A stretch of 60,614 bases of DNA, the filler included, from Stramenopiles sp. TOSAG23-2 (taxonomy: Eukaryota): NCBI GenBank assembly GCA_900128395.1. It is 6 parts of 6 records of this genome, joined end to end, with 100 filler letters (N's around TTAATTAATTAA, not from the genome) between each part and the next. Parts side by side here need not be neighbours in the genome. Positions count along the whole stretch, not along the records: positions 1 to 10,061 come from LT650047.1; positions 10,162 to 20,204 come from LT650048.1; 4 more parts are not named here. One strand, given 5' to 3'. The notes under the pieces are model-generated. The model was not told the origin of the DNA, searched no databases, and saw nothing but the letters and a program-made list of their open reading frames with translations. Positions 1 through 12,676 of this stretch are shown here, one piece after another. The translations under genes were made by a program, and so were the position numbers. Position 1 is the stretch's first letter. Each line of letters opens with the position of its first letter.

Positions 1-292
1 AGAATAATATGTTATCCTACTATAGTAAAGCTCTAATGCACCTCTGCAAACTAATACTCTACAAGCAAATAATATATAATATAAAATGTTCTCTTACTCA
101 TAATATATACTCGTATATTTTTTTTCAAAATACGGAGAGTATTATACATATAAATAGACATCAGTCTCTCTATTTAAATAATATTAATATTCGTTGTAAA
201 TATGTGTTAAAAAATTCTCTTATTTATAATTAATGTTAAATATATATATATATATATTTTTTAATATTTATACGACGCACACTTTTTTTTAA

Positions 293-3200
293 TCAATCAT
301 CTAAATCCATTTCATCTTCATCTTCTTCCTCCTCCTCATCATCTTCTTCATCACTATCTTCAGCATCGTATACTTGTATTTTATAATCATGAATCGAAAC
401 CATTACCGTTCCACGAGTGCCACTGACAGACAATTTTTCACTATTACCACTGTCATCACTTGACAACCCAACTTCCATCCATTTATTGATGATCGTGTTA
501 TCTTCCTCTTCCTCTTCCTCGTCATCTTCCATCGACCCAATAATGTCATTAAAATTATTCGTATGTATATTACAATCTTTGACAATATATTCCATTAAAT
601 GATTTAATTTCACTGCAATGTTTGATTGCAATGTTGGACCTGCTATTGTGCTATATGTCAAATTGTTATACAAAATAGATCCTATCATGTATCGCTTACT
701 CAATTCGTCTTTCACTAAAAGCAGCAATTGCGATTCACCATGAAATTCAGCATCGCCACTATGTTCACCATAAAATTTCATATCCAAAATAGAGACGCTG
801 TCTCCCAATTCAATGCCGTACACATCCCAGCTCCATTGATTTTTCATATTATCACTTTGTGATGAAACGTCTTCTCCATCCCGATCACGTTTTTTATTCA
901 CTCTCACATCAATCGTTTTGATATCATAAGTATTATATTTCAATATCCATACTATATTATTCTTGTTGATACTAGTGGATGAAGTAAAGGATAGAAAATG
1001 ATCCATCCCACTTTTGTTTTCCAAATTATTATGTATGTGTTGCACATGAAATGCAAATTTACACGTTGGCGTATTTGGGAACTCTACATTTAAATCCGCT
1101 TTTTTGTTTTCTTTCTCATTGTTATCATTCTCTTTATCTTTGTTCGATGACACGATATGCGTGTATATTGGCACATTAGCAATTGGATGAAAAACTGTGC
1201 TTAATGTTTCACTGGATTGGTGAAAAACTTTTTGCCATCTTTCTTTCAAACTATATAAGATATTTTTCAACCCGCTTTTACTGGCATTTTTAATGTTGTT
1301 ATCATTGCTGCAGACATATTGCTGCGATAACAAGTATTTTGCATAACCAAGTCCAGTGGAAGTCTTTAAATTCAAAATATGTTCCATCTCAGGTAATAAT
1401 ACAGAACCATTAGTAGAAGATTCATCATATTTATGTTCATCGTCTGCATTAGCATTCTCCTCATCATTATCAATTACAGTTTGAAAATGCTTGTTAATAT
1501 GATTATGCAATATTTTATTTAGGGATATATCCTTTTCACCATCTCTACTTGTAGTTGGGTCAAGCAGCGCAGTTAATCGTTGTGTATTCTCATGTTCAAG
1601 CACACTTTGCCTCATTTGATTAATTTGTTGCAACTTTGCTTTGCTCATATTTGCAATGATATCTTGATTATTATTTTGCGAATCAATAATGGTTGGTATC
1701 AACCATTCAGAAAATGTTAAAAAATTTGCACGAGCTTCCCTGATTTCTGTGATGAATTTTTCACCTTGTAATATTAAATACTTCATTAACTCAATTAGGG
1801 AATAGATCGATTTTTCCATCAAGCCAATACGTTTGAATCGTTCTGGCCATCTTGAAGCAGCTTGCAATTCGCCAAGCAAAAACAAAATATTTTCACCTGG
1901 TTTTATAAAATGGTGTACGCAAACATCCTCAATTTCTATACAGCAATTTTCAATAGCTTTAAATATGCGAGTAGCAATACCAATATTCATTGAGGTGTTT
2001 AAAAATTGATCTAATGCATTGCTTGGTACACCGGTTACATACAAATTAAAAAATTCAGTAGATATAGTAGTGCTGACACCATAACCATCAATCAGTTTGT
2101 GAAATTCATTTAATTTACTTTGTAAATTACGCAAACCTTGCGTCCAAGATGAACTCATTTTTGCAAGGCCATCCTCCATGTGACCTACTAAATTTCCAAT
2201 TGAACCACATTGACAAGCAAGGAAGCATCTAGAAAAAAATTAAAGTAATAAATGTTGTTGTTAGTAACATGTCTAAAACTATGAAGTATTGTATATATGT
2301 ATATATATATCAACAAAATATACGAAAGACTTCATTATTTACTTACAATTCTCCTCGTTTCTCCCACAATAATGACGTATCAATTACAACTAAATGATAT
2401 CGATACATTGTAGATTTATAATCATCATCGATATTTTCCGTTGAAACCTTTTTATTACTATTATTTATATTATTATTCTTATTGGTATTTTCCCGATTAT
2501 TCAATATTCTTGCACGTAATATTACAGTTAATATTTGTAAATCTGGTGATAAAGATACATTCGTTACAGTTGGCCTTGAAAGACTAACAGGTAAAGATTT
2601 ATTATTAGTCGGTATGCTATACGTTTCAAATGCTGCAGATAGATCTACACATCCAATTGGGAAAAATCCATAAGCACTAAGAGTCACAACGCCACTACTA
2701 TCACCACTAACTAGAACATCAAATGCACTATTGCATATAATACCACTTGAACCTAAATTTGATAATAAGTTATTGCCATTGATGCCATTCCGTCTTGAAG
2801 CGTTTGCTGAGCTTGCTGTAGCAGTCGTATGGTCATCCGTATCGCCAAATGTCCCCTTTTGCGTAATAGGTGGTGGGCCAGGTAAATATTTTGACAATGT
2901 ATCATTTTTATAAGGATTCGACATATAATCATTACTTTGTATACTATCAGCATTTTTTTTTTTATTGTTATTACTATATCTATTAATATTATTGCTAGGA
3001 TTTGTCTCGTCTTCGTCATTATCATCTTCTTTCACAAATGCATTATATTGTTTATATGTAAATTTATTTGGCTCAAGCCAGTTCAAAGTAGTTACGGATG
3101 TTGAATGTGGAAAAGCAGATAATGGCATGTCTATTAAAGCGCCTGATTCGACACTATAAAGAGCAATACTACCATCATTTTGTCCTAGTGCTAATACCTT

Positions 3201-3470
3201 TCCATTTGGTTTCCATGATAATGAAGCAATACTATTATTGTTAGTATTGTTTGTATTCATAGTAGATATTGAAAATAAACGTTGAAAATTAGTTGTAACA
3301 GAACGATGCACGGCAATTGTCTTATCATCTAATGTAACCGCTAACAAATCCATCGTAGGAGAATGTTCAAAATGCAATACTTTTGAATTGAAACGTTTAT
3401 CATGGAGTGTTACCATATTACCTTTGTCATGTTTATTTGTCTCTGATTTTTCATCCTCATGTTCTGCCAT
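293..3470 (-). CDS. ANAPC4: Anaphase-promoting complex subunit 4, 2 exons (3470-2347, 2228-293), ~1019 aa
   Basis: The N-terminal WD40 region (SPTMDLLAV...LSWKPNGKVLALGQNDGSIALYSVESG) and DVLVSGDSSGVVTLSAYGFFPIG are typical of APC4. The second ORF carries the helical APC4 domain (EFFNLYVTGVPSNALDQFL). Intron 2346-2229 (GTAAGT...TTTCTAG, phase 2) joins the two ORFs in frame. Confidence 0.9.
2229..2346 (-). other. Spliceosomal intron (118 bp) in APC4
   Basis: GTAAGT donor, poly-T tract and TAG acceptor; removal restores the frame. Confidence 0.85.
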
Positions 3471-4076
3471 TGTGCGTGTATACGTGTGTATTTGTGTGTA
3501 AATATATATTATATTTAATTAAGAAAAATTTAATATGTACGAATATCTTATTTTGTTCCTCTGTGTAAATGTTGATATATCAATTTTCCATTTACAGAAC
3601 GGAAAAGATGGTTTACTTTCCATTTCCAATTTCTTTTATTTGAAATTGAATTCAATTATTCAATTACAGTATGAGTTAGTAGCAACAACAAACTAAAACA
3701 CACCTCCTTTTCGTAGTAAAAAAGTGATGATTATTCAATTTTCAAATTATTATTTACAAAAGTAGCTACGAGCTACGAGGTGACCTCGAAGATAGATAGG
3801 CCAGATAGAAAATGCCTAAGTATGATAATTAGTAGTATAAACCTTTGTGATGTTGGTTTATATACAATAGTGCTATCTCCATATTATTACTGTACCAGGC
3901 CATAATGACAGTTATTACAAACACAACTCATTAGGGAAATTGAAATTCAAATCTTCTAAATAATTGCAATGTGTACATTGCATAAATACTCTGTCTGTAT
4001 AGGTAGAAATAATCCATATATATATATATATACAAGTGCGACACTTTCACAGAGGAAATATTGTTGTAATAGGAAA

Positions 4077-5900
4077 ATGGCATCTATTGCAGAACAATCA
4101 TCAAATATGGCACAAACGGGACCACCATCAACACGGTTGCCACCTACTTTGAAAGTATCAGATGAGATAGATATGGAAACGTTGCCACCCTCCACGGAAT
4201 TGCTTACGTATTATCGTAAACGATTACGTGAATTTGAACAGGAACGTGCGGTGATGATAAAGAAAATGAATGCTATTGAAGTATCGCACGAGGAATTGCA
4301 TAGGACGCAATGGGATTTACGTGTGCGTCAAGAAGAAATTGCAGAGTTGCAACGTGCTTTATCCGATGCAAATGTGTATTTATTTGATGAAAGGGAGCAA
4401 GTGTTGAAATTACAAGCGGAAAACGACCAGTTAAAAATTCAAGAACTAGAAGATCGACGCCGTATACAGCATTTGCTTGCTTTGACACAACCAGTATCTC
4501 AGGAAGTTACATTCTTTCGTGACTGCCGACCAGCAAAAATGACTAGATTCCCAATTGAAAATACAAAAGAAACATTACGTAGTCAAGCAGATAGTATAAT
4601 GCGTGATCCTGGTGTAGATAATAGTGCAACTTCCGTAAATAACAACAATTCAACTTTAAATAATACTGGAACGTCTTCAAGAAACAGACGCAGTGGTGCT
4701 AGACGTGTCCGTAGAAGCAATAATAGTAGCAACAATTCCATGAGAAGTGCACGTGGTAAAGGTTTAAACATGAGTTCAGTAATGGGTGGTGGTAGCAACA
4801 ACAATAATAATTCTGTAGGAATGCCAAATGGTTCCATGCAACCATATAAAAACCGGGTATTGCGTACCATTTATTTGCCAAGTGAAAAAGCCGATACGTT
4901 ATTGCTAACCGTTGAAAGTTTACAAAAGCAATTAGAAGCAGTGAAAGAATTGGAAAGTGGACGAAATGCAGCATTATTAGAAGATCGACGTAAACGGATT
5001 GAAGAGGAAAGGGTTAGAGCAGCAGCTGATCGTGAACAAGTTGAAGCGCTGCAAGATACGGTGAAACGCATAGAAGAGAAATTACGAAATGCGACGAAAG
5101 ATTATTTGGAAACACGACATGCGCATCAAGTTCATGCACGTATTATGAAGGAAGAAACTGAAATGTTACGATCACAAAACGAAGCGTTCGTGCGTGAATT
5201 ACAAGAAGAAAGAAGACGAAGTATAGTGGAAACAGAAAGTGTTAAAACTGCTGCTGAGCAAGAAGCACAAATGTACACAGAACAATTTCGACGCGAAGCA
5301 TTAGCACGTGAAGAAGATTTATCTGTCTTGAAAGAGCAATATAACGAAGTTCAGAAAATGTATAAGCAACGCGTATCGAAATTGGAATCATCGTTGAAAT
5401 CAATGACGGTTAAATACAAACAATTGGCACATCGACGCCAAATGGATTTTGAAGGATATGGTGCTGATGTTACCAATTTACGCAGTCAATTACGCAAAAT
5501 GGAAGATTTGCTCGTAAAAGGAACAAGTAGAAAAAGTTTACGCGGAAGAAAATCAAAAAGAAACAACGCAAGCAGTTTCCGTAGGAGCAAAAAAGGTTCA
5601 AGTAAGAATCTATATAGTAATACACAAAGTCTTTCAAGTATCATTGGTCGTACAAATGGAAATGAAAATGGCAGCAAAATGATGATGGAAAGTGTTGATA
5701 TGGTAGAAAGTATTCCAGTATCAAGTAGTGATGGATACGGCAGTACCGATGTTGATGCAAATGAGTTTTATAGCAACAACGGTAGAAAAAGTAAACCTGA
5801 AACATTGGAAAATGATTTGGTAGTATTGAGGGAAAGATTAGCTAATTTAGAAGGCCAAATAACAAATATTATGAATGATGACGAAGGAGAAGAAGAATAA
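4077..5900 (+). CDS. CCDC77: Coiled-coil domain-containing protein 77 (centriolar)
   Basis: PSTELLTYYRKRL...QEEIAELQRALSDANVYLFDEREQVLKLQAENDQLKIQELEDRRRIQHLLAL closely matches the conserved CCDC77 N-terminus as I recall it. The ATG at 4077 is preferred over 3969 because the upstream part is AT-microsatellite. Confidence 0.85.
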   Translation: MASIAEQSSNMAQTGPPSTRLPPTLKVSDEIDMETLPPSTELLTYYRKRLREFEQERAVMIKKMNAIEVSHEELHRTQWDLRVRQEEIAELQRALSDANVYLFDEREQVLKLQAENDQLKIQELEDRRRIQHLLALTQPVSQEVTFFRDCRPAKMTRFPIENTKETLRSQADSIMRDPGVDNSATSVNNNNSTLNNTGTSSRNRRSGARRVRRSNNSSNNSMRSARGKGLNMSSVMGGGSNNNNNSVGMPNGSMQPYKNRVLRTIYLPSEKADTLLLTVESLQKQLEAVKELESGRNAALLEDRRKRIEEERVRAAADREQVEALQDTVKRIEEKLRNATKDYLETRHAHQVHARIMKEETEMLRSQNEAFVRELQEERRRSIVETESVKTAAEQEAQMYTEQFRREALAREEDLSVLKEQYNEVQKMYKQRVSKLESSLKSMTVKYKQLAHRRQMDFEGYGADVTNLRSQLRKMEDLLVKGTSRKSLRGRKSKRNNASSFRRSKKGSSKNLYSNTQSLSSIIGRTNGNENGSKMMMESVDMVESIPVSSSDGYGSTDVDANEFYSNNGRKSKPETLENDLVVLRERLANLEGQITNIMNDDEGEEE

Positions 5901-6186
5901 AAAGCATGTGCCGCGTTTTTTTTGAGCGAGGAGCGCGTGTGAGATTGAGAGAGATATATAGAACTTATATATAATTTAATATATCATATATATATAATAA
6001 TTAATATTTAAAATAAAATAATATTCGTATTATATACTCGTGTACAACAAAGATCGTACCACGCACGTATTTTTAGAGTTCTCTTAAAATTATTACTCAC
6101 ACCGCATCACAAGTATTTTTAATATTATCATGTGCATATCTCACATACATATATATGCTACACTACTCTATCTCTCTCACAAAATT

Positions 6187-7669
6187 TTATTGTTTGAATG
6201 GATTAATACCACTGTTTTTCAATTTCTTCTTCTTTTTCATCATATGATTTGTTATGAGACTTTTTTTCTTTGGCATAAATACATTGTGTGTTCCACCTAA
6301 ACCATTAAAACCTTTTTTAATATATTTACCTTTCTTAGCATTTCCATTAACTTTCTTATTTGCAATATTTTTAGATGATAAAAAACTTCTGGTTGATTGA
6401 GTCTGATTTGTTTTATTACGAAATGGATTAGCCCACATAATTTGTTGTTGCTGTTGTTGTTGTTTTTTCAACTTATTTACATCATTGATACTATTATTAT
6501 CACTACTAATTGTTGTAGTTGTTAATTCATTTTGCGAAGATGATGAAGATGCTTTACGTCTTTCAGCGTTGTGTTTATTTTTCGTAGCTGTTGTTAATGG
6601 TACACTATTGGATCGTTTTAATGATATCTGACGATTGTTGTTATTATTATAGTTGCTGCTGCTTCTACTATTATTATTATTATTATTATTATTATTACTT
6701 CTACGATTATTAGTATTGTTATTATGCATTGGATACGTTATATTGATATCATCATCATATTCATCATCGTAATCGTTGCCGTATCGTTTTTGTTTGCGTT
6801 TCCTCTTATTATTATTATTTATGATATAATCATCGACTCCTTTCATTGCAACCACATCCTTTAATTTCAATTGTAACATTTTAACTTTACTTTTTAAGTT
6901 CATAATCTCTTTGTCATTGACATTTTTTTGGGATAATAATTTATCATAACTTTTTCTACTCATTTGTAATGCAATATGTTGTTGTTCTATAACTTTGCTT
7001 GATGCATCCTCATTACCTAAATTGAATTATAATTATTTTGTTAGATATCGTGTAGAAAGTATATAAATCAATATCAACTAAATAAAACTTACCCTTTGTT
7101 TTCTTAATTAAACTATATAAGTCCATTGATTGAGAATATTCATGTGCATTATTAATTTTTTGTATATTAAATTTTTCTTTATTAACTTTATCTATACGTG
7201 TTTTCAATGCATTATTTTCCCTACCGACACGAAATAATTGACGTTTATTTTTCGTCATGTCATTATTTAATTTTTGAATATCTTCTTGCTGTTTACGAAT
7301 TAAACGTTCAGATTCTTTTATTTTTTTTTGATATGATTGATTGTCGTTCGTTAAATTTTGTATCATTACTTGTAACTTTTTAAGACGTTCTTTTGCCATA
7401 TTTAAAGCAGAAGGCGAAGCGGATGATGATGAATTTGATGAAGATGCATCTTTATTTGGCGAGGCACTTATTGCATCTTCTTGTATCTTGTAATATATCG
7501 ACACAGCGCCATATGCCTGTTTCCTACATTCTGGACAATTTTTATGTGCTTTAACCCAAGGCGCTATACAATGTTGGTGGTATATATGTCCACAAGCAGG
7601 AAGGACAGCCAGGCATTCTGTCATAGGTTCAATGCATATTGGACATGCAGGTGGAGTGAATAATGACAT
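6187..7669 (-). CDS. TRAIP: TRAIP-like RING E3 ubiquitin ligase, 2 exons (7669-7093, 7016-6187), ~468 aa
   Basis: N-terminal RING-H2 (CPICIE...CGHIYHQHCIAPW...CPECR), then a coiled coil, then a C-terminal GFNGLGG motif resembling the GFDGLGG of TRAIP. Intron 7092-7017 (GTAAGT...TTTAG, phase 1) joins the ORFs in frame. Confidence 0.75.
7017..7092 (-). other. Spliceosomal intron (76 bp) in TRAIP-like gene
   Basis: GTAAGT...CAATTTAG; removal restores the frame. Confidence 0.85.
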
Positions 7670-8096
7670 ATTTTATATAAAAAAAAAATTCAAAAATGTA
7701 TAGATGAAGAAATGATTAATCGATGGGTGATGATATGATAAGTGGATAATTATAACAAAGGTGGTTCTATTTTACAATGTATGTATATAATACATAAGTT
7801 TTTGTTTCTACGTTTCCTATTTTGTTCTTTTTAGTTTCTGGTAAAACAAATCAACAAAAAAAAACAACGTGTTAGTTTATGAAAATGTGTGTGGTGTTGT
7901 GTGTATGTACGATACCTGGTATTTTTAATATTAATTTTGATGCGAAAGGATTGCCGCCATCATCGTCGATATTTCTTAGTCTAAGAAATACTGGATCCTA
8001 TGTCCATGCACGGCTTTCACGAAAATACCACGAGGAGAGAATCTCTCTGAAAATACGGAGAGAATTATTTTATACTGCTACTGTGTATATAGATCT

Positions 8097-8123
8097 ATAC
8101 CACCATGCCTGGCATGGTGGTAT
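8097..8123. repeat. Perfect 13-bp inverted repeat ATACCACCATGCC-T-GGCATGGTGGTAT
   Basis: Read directly. A related palindrome, ATACCACC-T-GGTGGTAT, lies at 13083-13099 on another contig. Confidence 0.85.
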
Positions 8124-8182
8124 TTTATTATGTCTATATTATTCTAATTATAATTCTAGAATAATATAGTAGAATTAAAAAT

Positions 8183-9448
8183 TTACTTTTTCTGACAACC
8201 TTTACCATCTTCACACGTTTCCCCACTTAAACAGCATGATGTTTCCGCACATTCTTTTGGTTTCCAAAACTTCTTTTTTCCACAACAACATGTTGAGCCT
8301 TTCGGACAAAAGGTCGCATCAGAATTAGGATCGTATGTTCCTGCTGCACATTTTAATTCAGGTGCAGGTGGCTTAGTTGGTTTTGGACCAGGTTGTGGAT
8401 AAACAGCTTTACAAGCGATGCAATCAAGGTTCTCACCAATTTTCATTCGAACATAACCATTTTCTCCCCAACCCAAACCCCAAGAATTCTTTACAATATA
8501 ATATTGTTCTTTTGCATTAGTAACATTGTAACCAACAGCTAGTACGGAATGGTCAATACGTTGTTCCCCTCCACCACAATCTTCATCAAGAATACCGCCA
8601 CCATAATTCATAAATGCATCACAATTAGCATCAATCGAAACGCTGACTGGTTGCATGACTAAAGCATCACGTAAACCAACTTCATCACCATCCGTTATAT
8701 TAGCATAACTTAAAATCGATGCAACTTTTTCAAATTTCTCTTTTGCTGCATTGCAATCATCTGATAAATATGGCCAGTCGCTTTCACTATCAATTCCACC
8801 ATTTTTAATAATATGATCAAAACATAGCCATGGATATCCGCCTTGGCAACCAAATGTACCAGGAGTACATTCAAGACATTGATCGACACTATAACCTTCA
8901 TTTATATCTGATGTATTCCATTTGAAATTTTCTTGAATTGATACGGCACCTTCAATCGCTCCAATAGCAGAGAATGCCCAACAAGATCCACATTGTCCTT
9001 GATTTTTAATGCTGGATACTCTTCCATGCAAGCGCCAATCAATTGCAGAAACATTTTTACTTTTACCATAATGACTTGGTTTAGTGTTTTTAGCAGTTGT
9101 TGTTGTCGTCGTTTTTTTAACATTATTATTTGCTGACAAAGTGCCTCCACTTAATTGTTTTTTTTCCTCTAAAGTATTTGCAGCAAATTCATTTAAACGC
9201 ATATAATATGTTGATATACCTACATCATATTTTTTAGTATTATGTTCCTCAATAATACGTTTTGTATTACAAAACAATTCTTTCCGTAATTCTCTTTCAG
9301 ATTCTGTTGCGCTTAATAAATGGTTTTGTCCATGTTTCTTGGCCCATACATCAAAATTTAAAAAGGAGCATTCTTCAGCATTTACAATAATGGATGGGAT
9401 TGATAATAAAAACAATGTTATCAATAATGTAGAAAATACTTTAATCAT
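8183..9448 (-). CDS. Papain-family (C1A) cysteine protease with signal peptide, I29 prodomain and C-terminal Pro-rich linker + granulin-like Cys-rich domain
   Basis: QGQCGSCWAFS (catalytic Cys), DHSVLAVGY (His) and KNSWG (Asn); ERELRKELF...IEEHN (ERFNIN-like); tail CPKGSTCCC...CAETSCCLSGETCEDGKGC. Confidence 0.95.
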   Translation of the reverse strand: MIKVFSTLLITLFLLSIPSIIVNAEECSFLNFDVWAKKHGQNHLLSATESERELRKELFCNTKRIIEEHNTKKYDVGISTYYMRLNEFAANTLEEKKQLSGGTLSANNNVKKTTTTTTAKNTKPSHYGKSKNVSAIDWRLHGRVSSIKNQGQCGSCWAFSAIGAIEGAVSIQENFKWNTSDINEGYSVDQCLECTPGTFGCQGGYPWLCFDHIIKNGGIDSESDWPYLSDDCNAAKEKFEKVASILSYANITDGDEVGLRDALVMQPVSVSIDANCDAFMNYGGGILDEDCGGGEQRIDHSVLAVGYNVTNAKEQYYIVKNSWGLGWGENGYVRMKIGENLDCIACKAVYPQPGPKPTKPPAPELKCAAGTYDPNSDATFCPKGSTCCCGKKKFWKPKECAETSCCLSGETCEDGKGCQKK

Positions 9449-10061
9449 ATTTTCTATTTATGTTCTGGTTGTATAATTCTTAGAAAAAATATTGTCTTAT
9501 GATTCGTTATGAAATGATCTAATATGTCCGGAATGCCACCAATGATGGTAGTTGTCTTCGTCTATATCCAAAAAAAATCAAAAAAATATTGTTTTGCTGT
9601 CGGTTTGCACGTTTTATTCGATTTTTTATAGAGTTTTTTGTGTTTTTTTATTATTATTTTTTCGTGCTGAAAAGTTCGTTACCTGGTACAGTACAGTAAA
9701 GAAGATGGAATTATTGGCAGGGAAAAAAAATTTAAAAAAAACAACCAATTTTTGAGCGAGAAAGGCCGAAAAGTGATGAGCAAATATACAAGATCCTTAT
9801 TTTTGAGGATTTGTTTAATATTTCATACTCTATAAAGTATGTACTTCAAAAATGGCTATTATATTAAGGGAAATTATTTTAATAAGTTTCTCTCCTCGAT
9901 GCTATTCCCATGTAAAATAATTTCCCAGAATCTGCCAATTATATATATATGGAGTAGAAAGAGGATATTTTATTTTTATTTTTTATACTTTTTATACAAA
10001 ATATATGTGTTCGTGTGTGTGTAGATTCGTGTGGAAAGCTTTATCTCTCCCCCCCCCCCCC

Positions 10062-10161
10062 NNNNNNNNNNNNNNNNNNNNNNNNNNNNNNNNNNNNNNN
10101 NNNNNTTAATTAATTAANNNNNNNNNNNNNNNNNNNNNNNNNNNNNNNNNNNNNNNNNNNN
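10062..10161. other. Artificial contig-joining spacer (N44-TTAATTAATTAA-N44)
   Basis: The identical 100-bp spacer recurs five times; its 12-mer gives stops in all six frames. Confidence 0.98.
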
Positions 10162-10449
10162 ATAGGCCTGAAAATATTTATATGATAGGACTTGTTAGAG
10201 TATGAATTGTGATGATCCACCAAATTTAGCATGGACATAGCAAGATCTCTACATACCTCAGCAGACGCAGACTAATTCATAATTCTGCGTGGCTGTATTT
10301 ATTAGAAAACCTTAAATAATGGAAAAACTTGGACAGAAAGAATACAAAATTAAAATACATTCTCTTACTCTTTTACATACAGTTTCAACTTGTATATACT
10401 GTAACGTGCAAGCGGGCAAGCCTTACCACCATCTCTCTCTCTCTTCTGT

Positions 10450-10989
10450 TTATAAATCTGATTTACTAATATCTTTTTTATTAACAATCTTCCTCTTCTT
10501 CTTCTCGTTTTTTCTTTTTTTCTTCTTCATTTTTTCTTGCATTGCATCACTTTTTTCGTAAAAAAAAAATTCTTTATAATTATTACGATCAAAAACAAAT
10601 GCATCCATTGGAGAAACATGAACTGCTGATATGATTGATGAAAGTATATAACTACGATCATTTTTAGCCAATGATGATGATGATTTTTTATATCGTGATA
10701 ACAATTCGTTAAAAAATGTTTGATATTTTGGATTTGTCATTTCTTTATTGATAACATTACTTAAAAAACTCCATGATAAATTTAATTTTTTCGTAATATT
10801 ATATTTATCCAATTGGGCTTCTAGTGTATGAAATGATGATGCTAAAACAGTTGGATCTATCAAATATTTATTTGTGGTGTGATTGTTACTATCTGGATAA
10901 TTATTTAAATTAACAAAATATTTGACTAATAAACTAAACCATTTTTTCAGTATTTTTTTCCCTAGTTTATATTTCTTTTTACGTTTCAA
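10450..10989 (-). CDS. Hypothetical protein, start uncertain
   Basis: 179-codon open frame in very AT-rich DNA with a Lys-rich C-terminus. It has no ATG at the 5' end and no recognisable domain. Confidence 0.35.
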   Translation of the reverse strand: MKRKKKYKLGKKILKKWFSLLVKYFVNLNNYPDSNNHTTNKYLIDPTVLASSFHTLEAQLDKYNITKKLNLSWSFLSNVINKEMTNPKYQTFFNELLSRYKKSSSSLAKNDRSYILSSIISAVHVSPMDAFVFDRNNYKEFFFYEKSDAMQEKMKKKKRKNEKKKRKIVNKKDISKSDL

Positions 10990-11413
10990 ACATTGTTCTA
11001 TACCTTCAATCGCTAATGCTAAATCATATGGTAATGATCATTTTCCTCATTTTACTATGATGAAAAACAAATTTTGTCTTGCTAAATTTATGATCTTTTC
11101 ATTTAATAGTACGGTATATATGCCGCTTTTCAATGACGTGTCGTATTGGATGTCATTATATATATATATATCATTAATTCAAATACAATGTCAATCAATA
11201 CATCTACAATATCTACACATGAAATACAATATATATATATTTTTATTTCGAAATAAAAATGTGTACAAAAAAAAACAACAAAAAACCTTAAAATAATAAA
11301 TCATAAAAATACCTATCAAACTTGACTACAATAATTTATACTTGAATGGGAATTAGAATATCCTAAAAATACCTTAATATTCATTTTTTTGTGTGTTTTT
11401 TTTTTTAAATAGA

Positions 11414-12676
11414 TTAAAAGCCTCTACGTTTTCTTTTCTCTTCTTGTTCACGTTTTTTCCGTTCTTTGCATTCAGGGCAAATCCATTTACCTTCTGGTGG
11501 TTCTTTTAATCCAACGCATTCATAATGAAACCATTCAATGATGCATAAATTATCACTACATTGTACCATGTCCCCATATGCAATTTGTTTACAGGAACAA
11601 TATAATGGTTCAAAACGTTGTGCTTTATCATCATCAAATTCATCAATAAAATTTAAATCTTTCAATGTATCTAAAATTTGTTTCTTTTTTGTTTTATTTA
11701 TTTTTTGTTTCTTTCGTTTTCGTTGTTGTTTAATACCTAATTTTTGCAATTGAGTTTGTCTTTTCCTAGGTGATGGTTTCATTCGTATTGATGGTGGTGG
11801 TGGTATAACTATACATGTAGTACCATTGTTGGTTTTAGTAGAAATAGTATTATTTCCATCTTTTGATCCGCCATTACTACTATTTATATTATTATTATTA
11901 TTAGTACTATTATTATTATTATTATTTGATGAAGTAGTAGCTAATAATAATAATTCAGCTTCTTGTTGTTTTAATAATCTTGCTTGTAATAATTTTTCTT
12001 TTCTTCTTCTAGCATTTTGTTCTTTAATAATTCGAGCATTCAGTTCTCTTTCCCCTGAATGAAGTTCATGTACATATTTTTCTTGACAAACTCTAATTTC
12101 ATCATCAATATCAGTAATATATGTATCTATTTTATCGTAGACCAATTCAATGGTTTTTAAATTTTCACTATGTAAAGATTTAATTTCATCCATAATATCT
12201 TTTAATTCTGCAAATCGTTTTTGATCTTCAATCGTTCCTGGCGGTGCTCTTTGTGGTGAAAACGATCGCTTTCTTTTCTTCTTATTGGATTCTTCGTCTT
12301 CTTCATCCGCTTCGTTGTCATTCTTATTATTTATTGCATTTTGACGTTTAGATATGGAATCTAAATGTTCTTCACGTAATTCACTTAACTGTTCTTTTAA
12401 ATTTTTAATAGAATCTACATTTTCATTTACAGATTCAATTAATTCTCGAACTTCTTCCGGAATATTCAATCCTTTTTGTTGAAAATATATCAACCGATCT
12501 AATGTATATTGCTCAAATTCTCGTGACCATGGTTTTGGTATCCATGATTTTCCATCATACACTCGTAATGTATGTTTTGAAGGGGAAACAAACGTTGGTA
12601 AATTTGGTCTTTTATTTTTCGTAGGTGTAATATTATTATTGGATGTGGTGGTGGTGGTGGTGGTCGGCATCATCAT
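11414..12676 (-). CDS. ING (inhibitor of growth) family PHD-finger protein
   Basis: C-terminal EPLYCSCKQIAYGDMVQCSDNLCIIEWFHYECVGLKEPPEGKWICPEC is an ING-type H3K4me3-reading PHD; N-terminal coiled coil and basic NLS-like region. Confidence 0.85.
   Translation of the reverse strand: MMMPTTTTTTTSNNNITPTKNKRPNLPTFVSPSKHTLRVYDGKSWIPKPWSREFEQYTLDRLIYFQQKGLNIPEEVRELIESVNENVDSIKNLKEQLSELREEHLDSISKRQNAINNKNDNEADEEDEESNKKKRKRSFSPQRAPPGTIEDQKRFAELKDIMDEIKSLHSENLKTIELVYDKIDTYITDIDDEIRVCQEKYVHELHSGERELNARIIKEQNARRRKEKLLQARLLKQQEAELLLLATTSSNNNNNNSTNNNNNINSSNGGSKDGNNTISTKTNNGTTCIVIPPPPSIRMKPSPRKRQTQLQKLGIKQQRKRKKQKINKTKKKQILDTLKDLNFIDEFDDDKAQRFEPLYCSCKQIAYGDMVQCSDNLCIIEWFHYECVGLKEPPEGKWICPECKERKKREQEEKRKRRGF

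Noticed and set aside
293-7669. Cell-cycle cluster APC4-CCDC77-TRAIP
   Set aside because: Three broadly related housekeeping genes in a compact genome can be adjacent by chance; no synteny evidence is available.
10990-11160. Two in-frame TGA codons (11038-11040, 11047-11049) upstream of the 10450-10989 ORF, suggesting UGA=Trp/Sec recoding
   Set aside because: TGA is the genuine stop of APC4, EHD, the TPR gene and the 7TM gene. The extended frame has no ATG and I see no SECIS evidence. A missed intron or decay is more likely.
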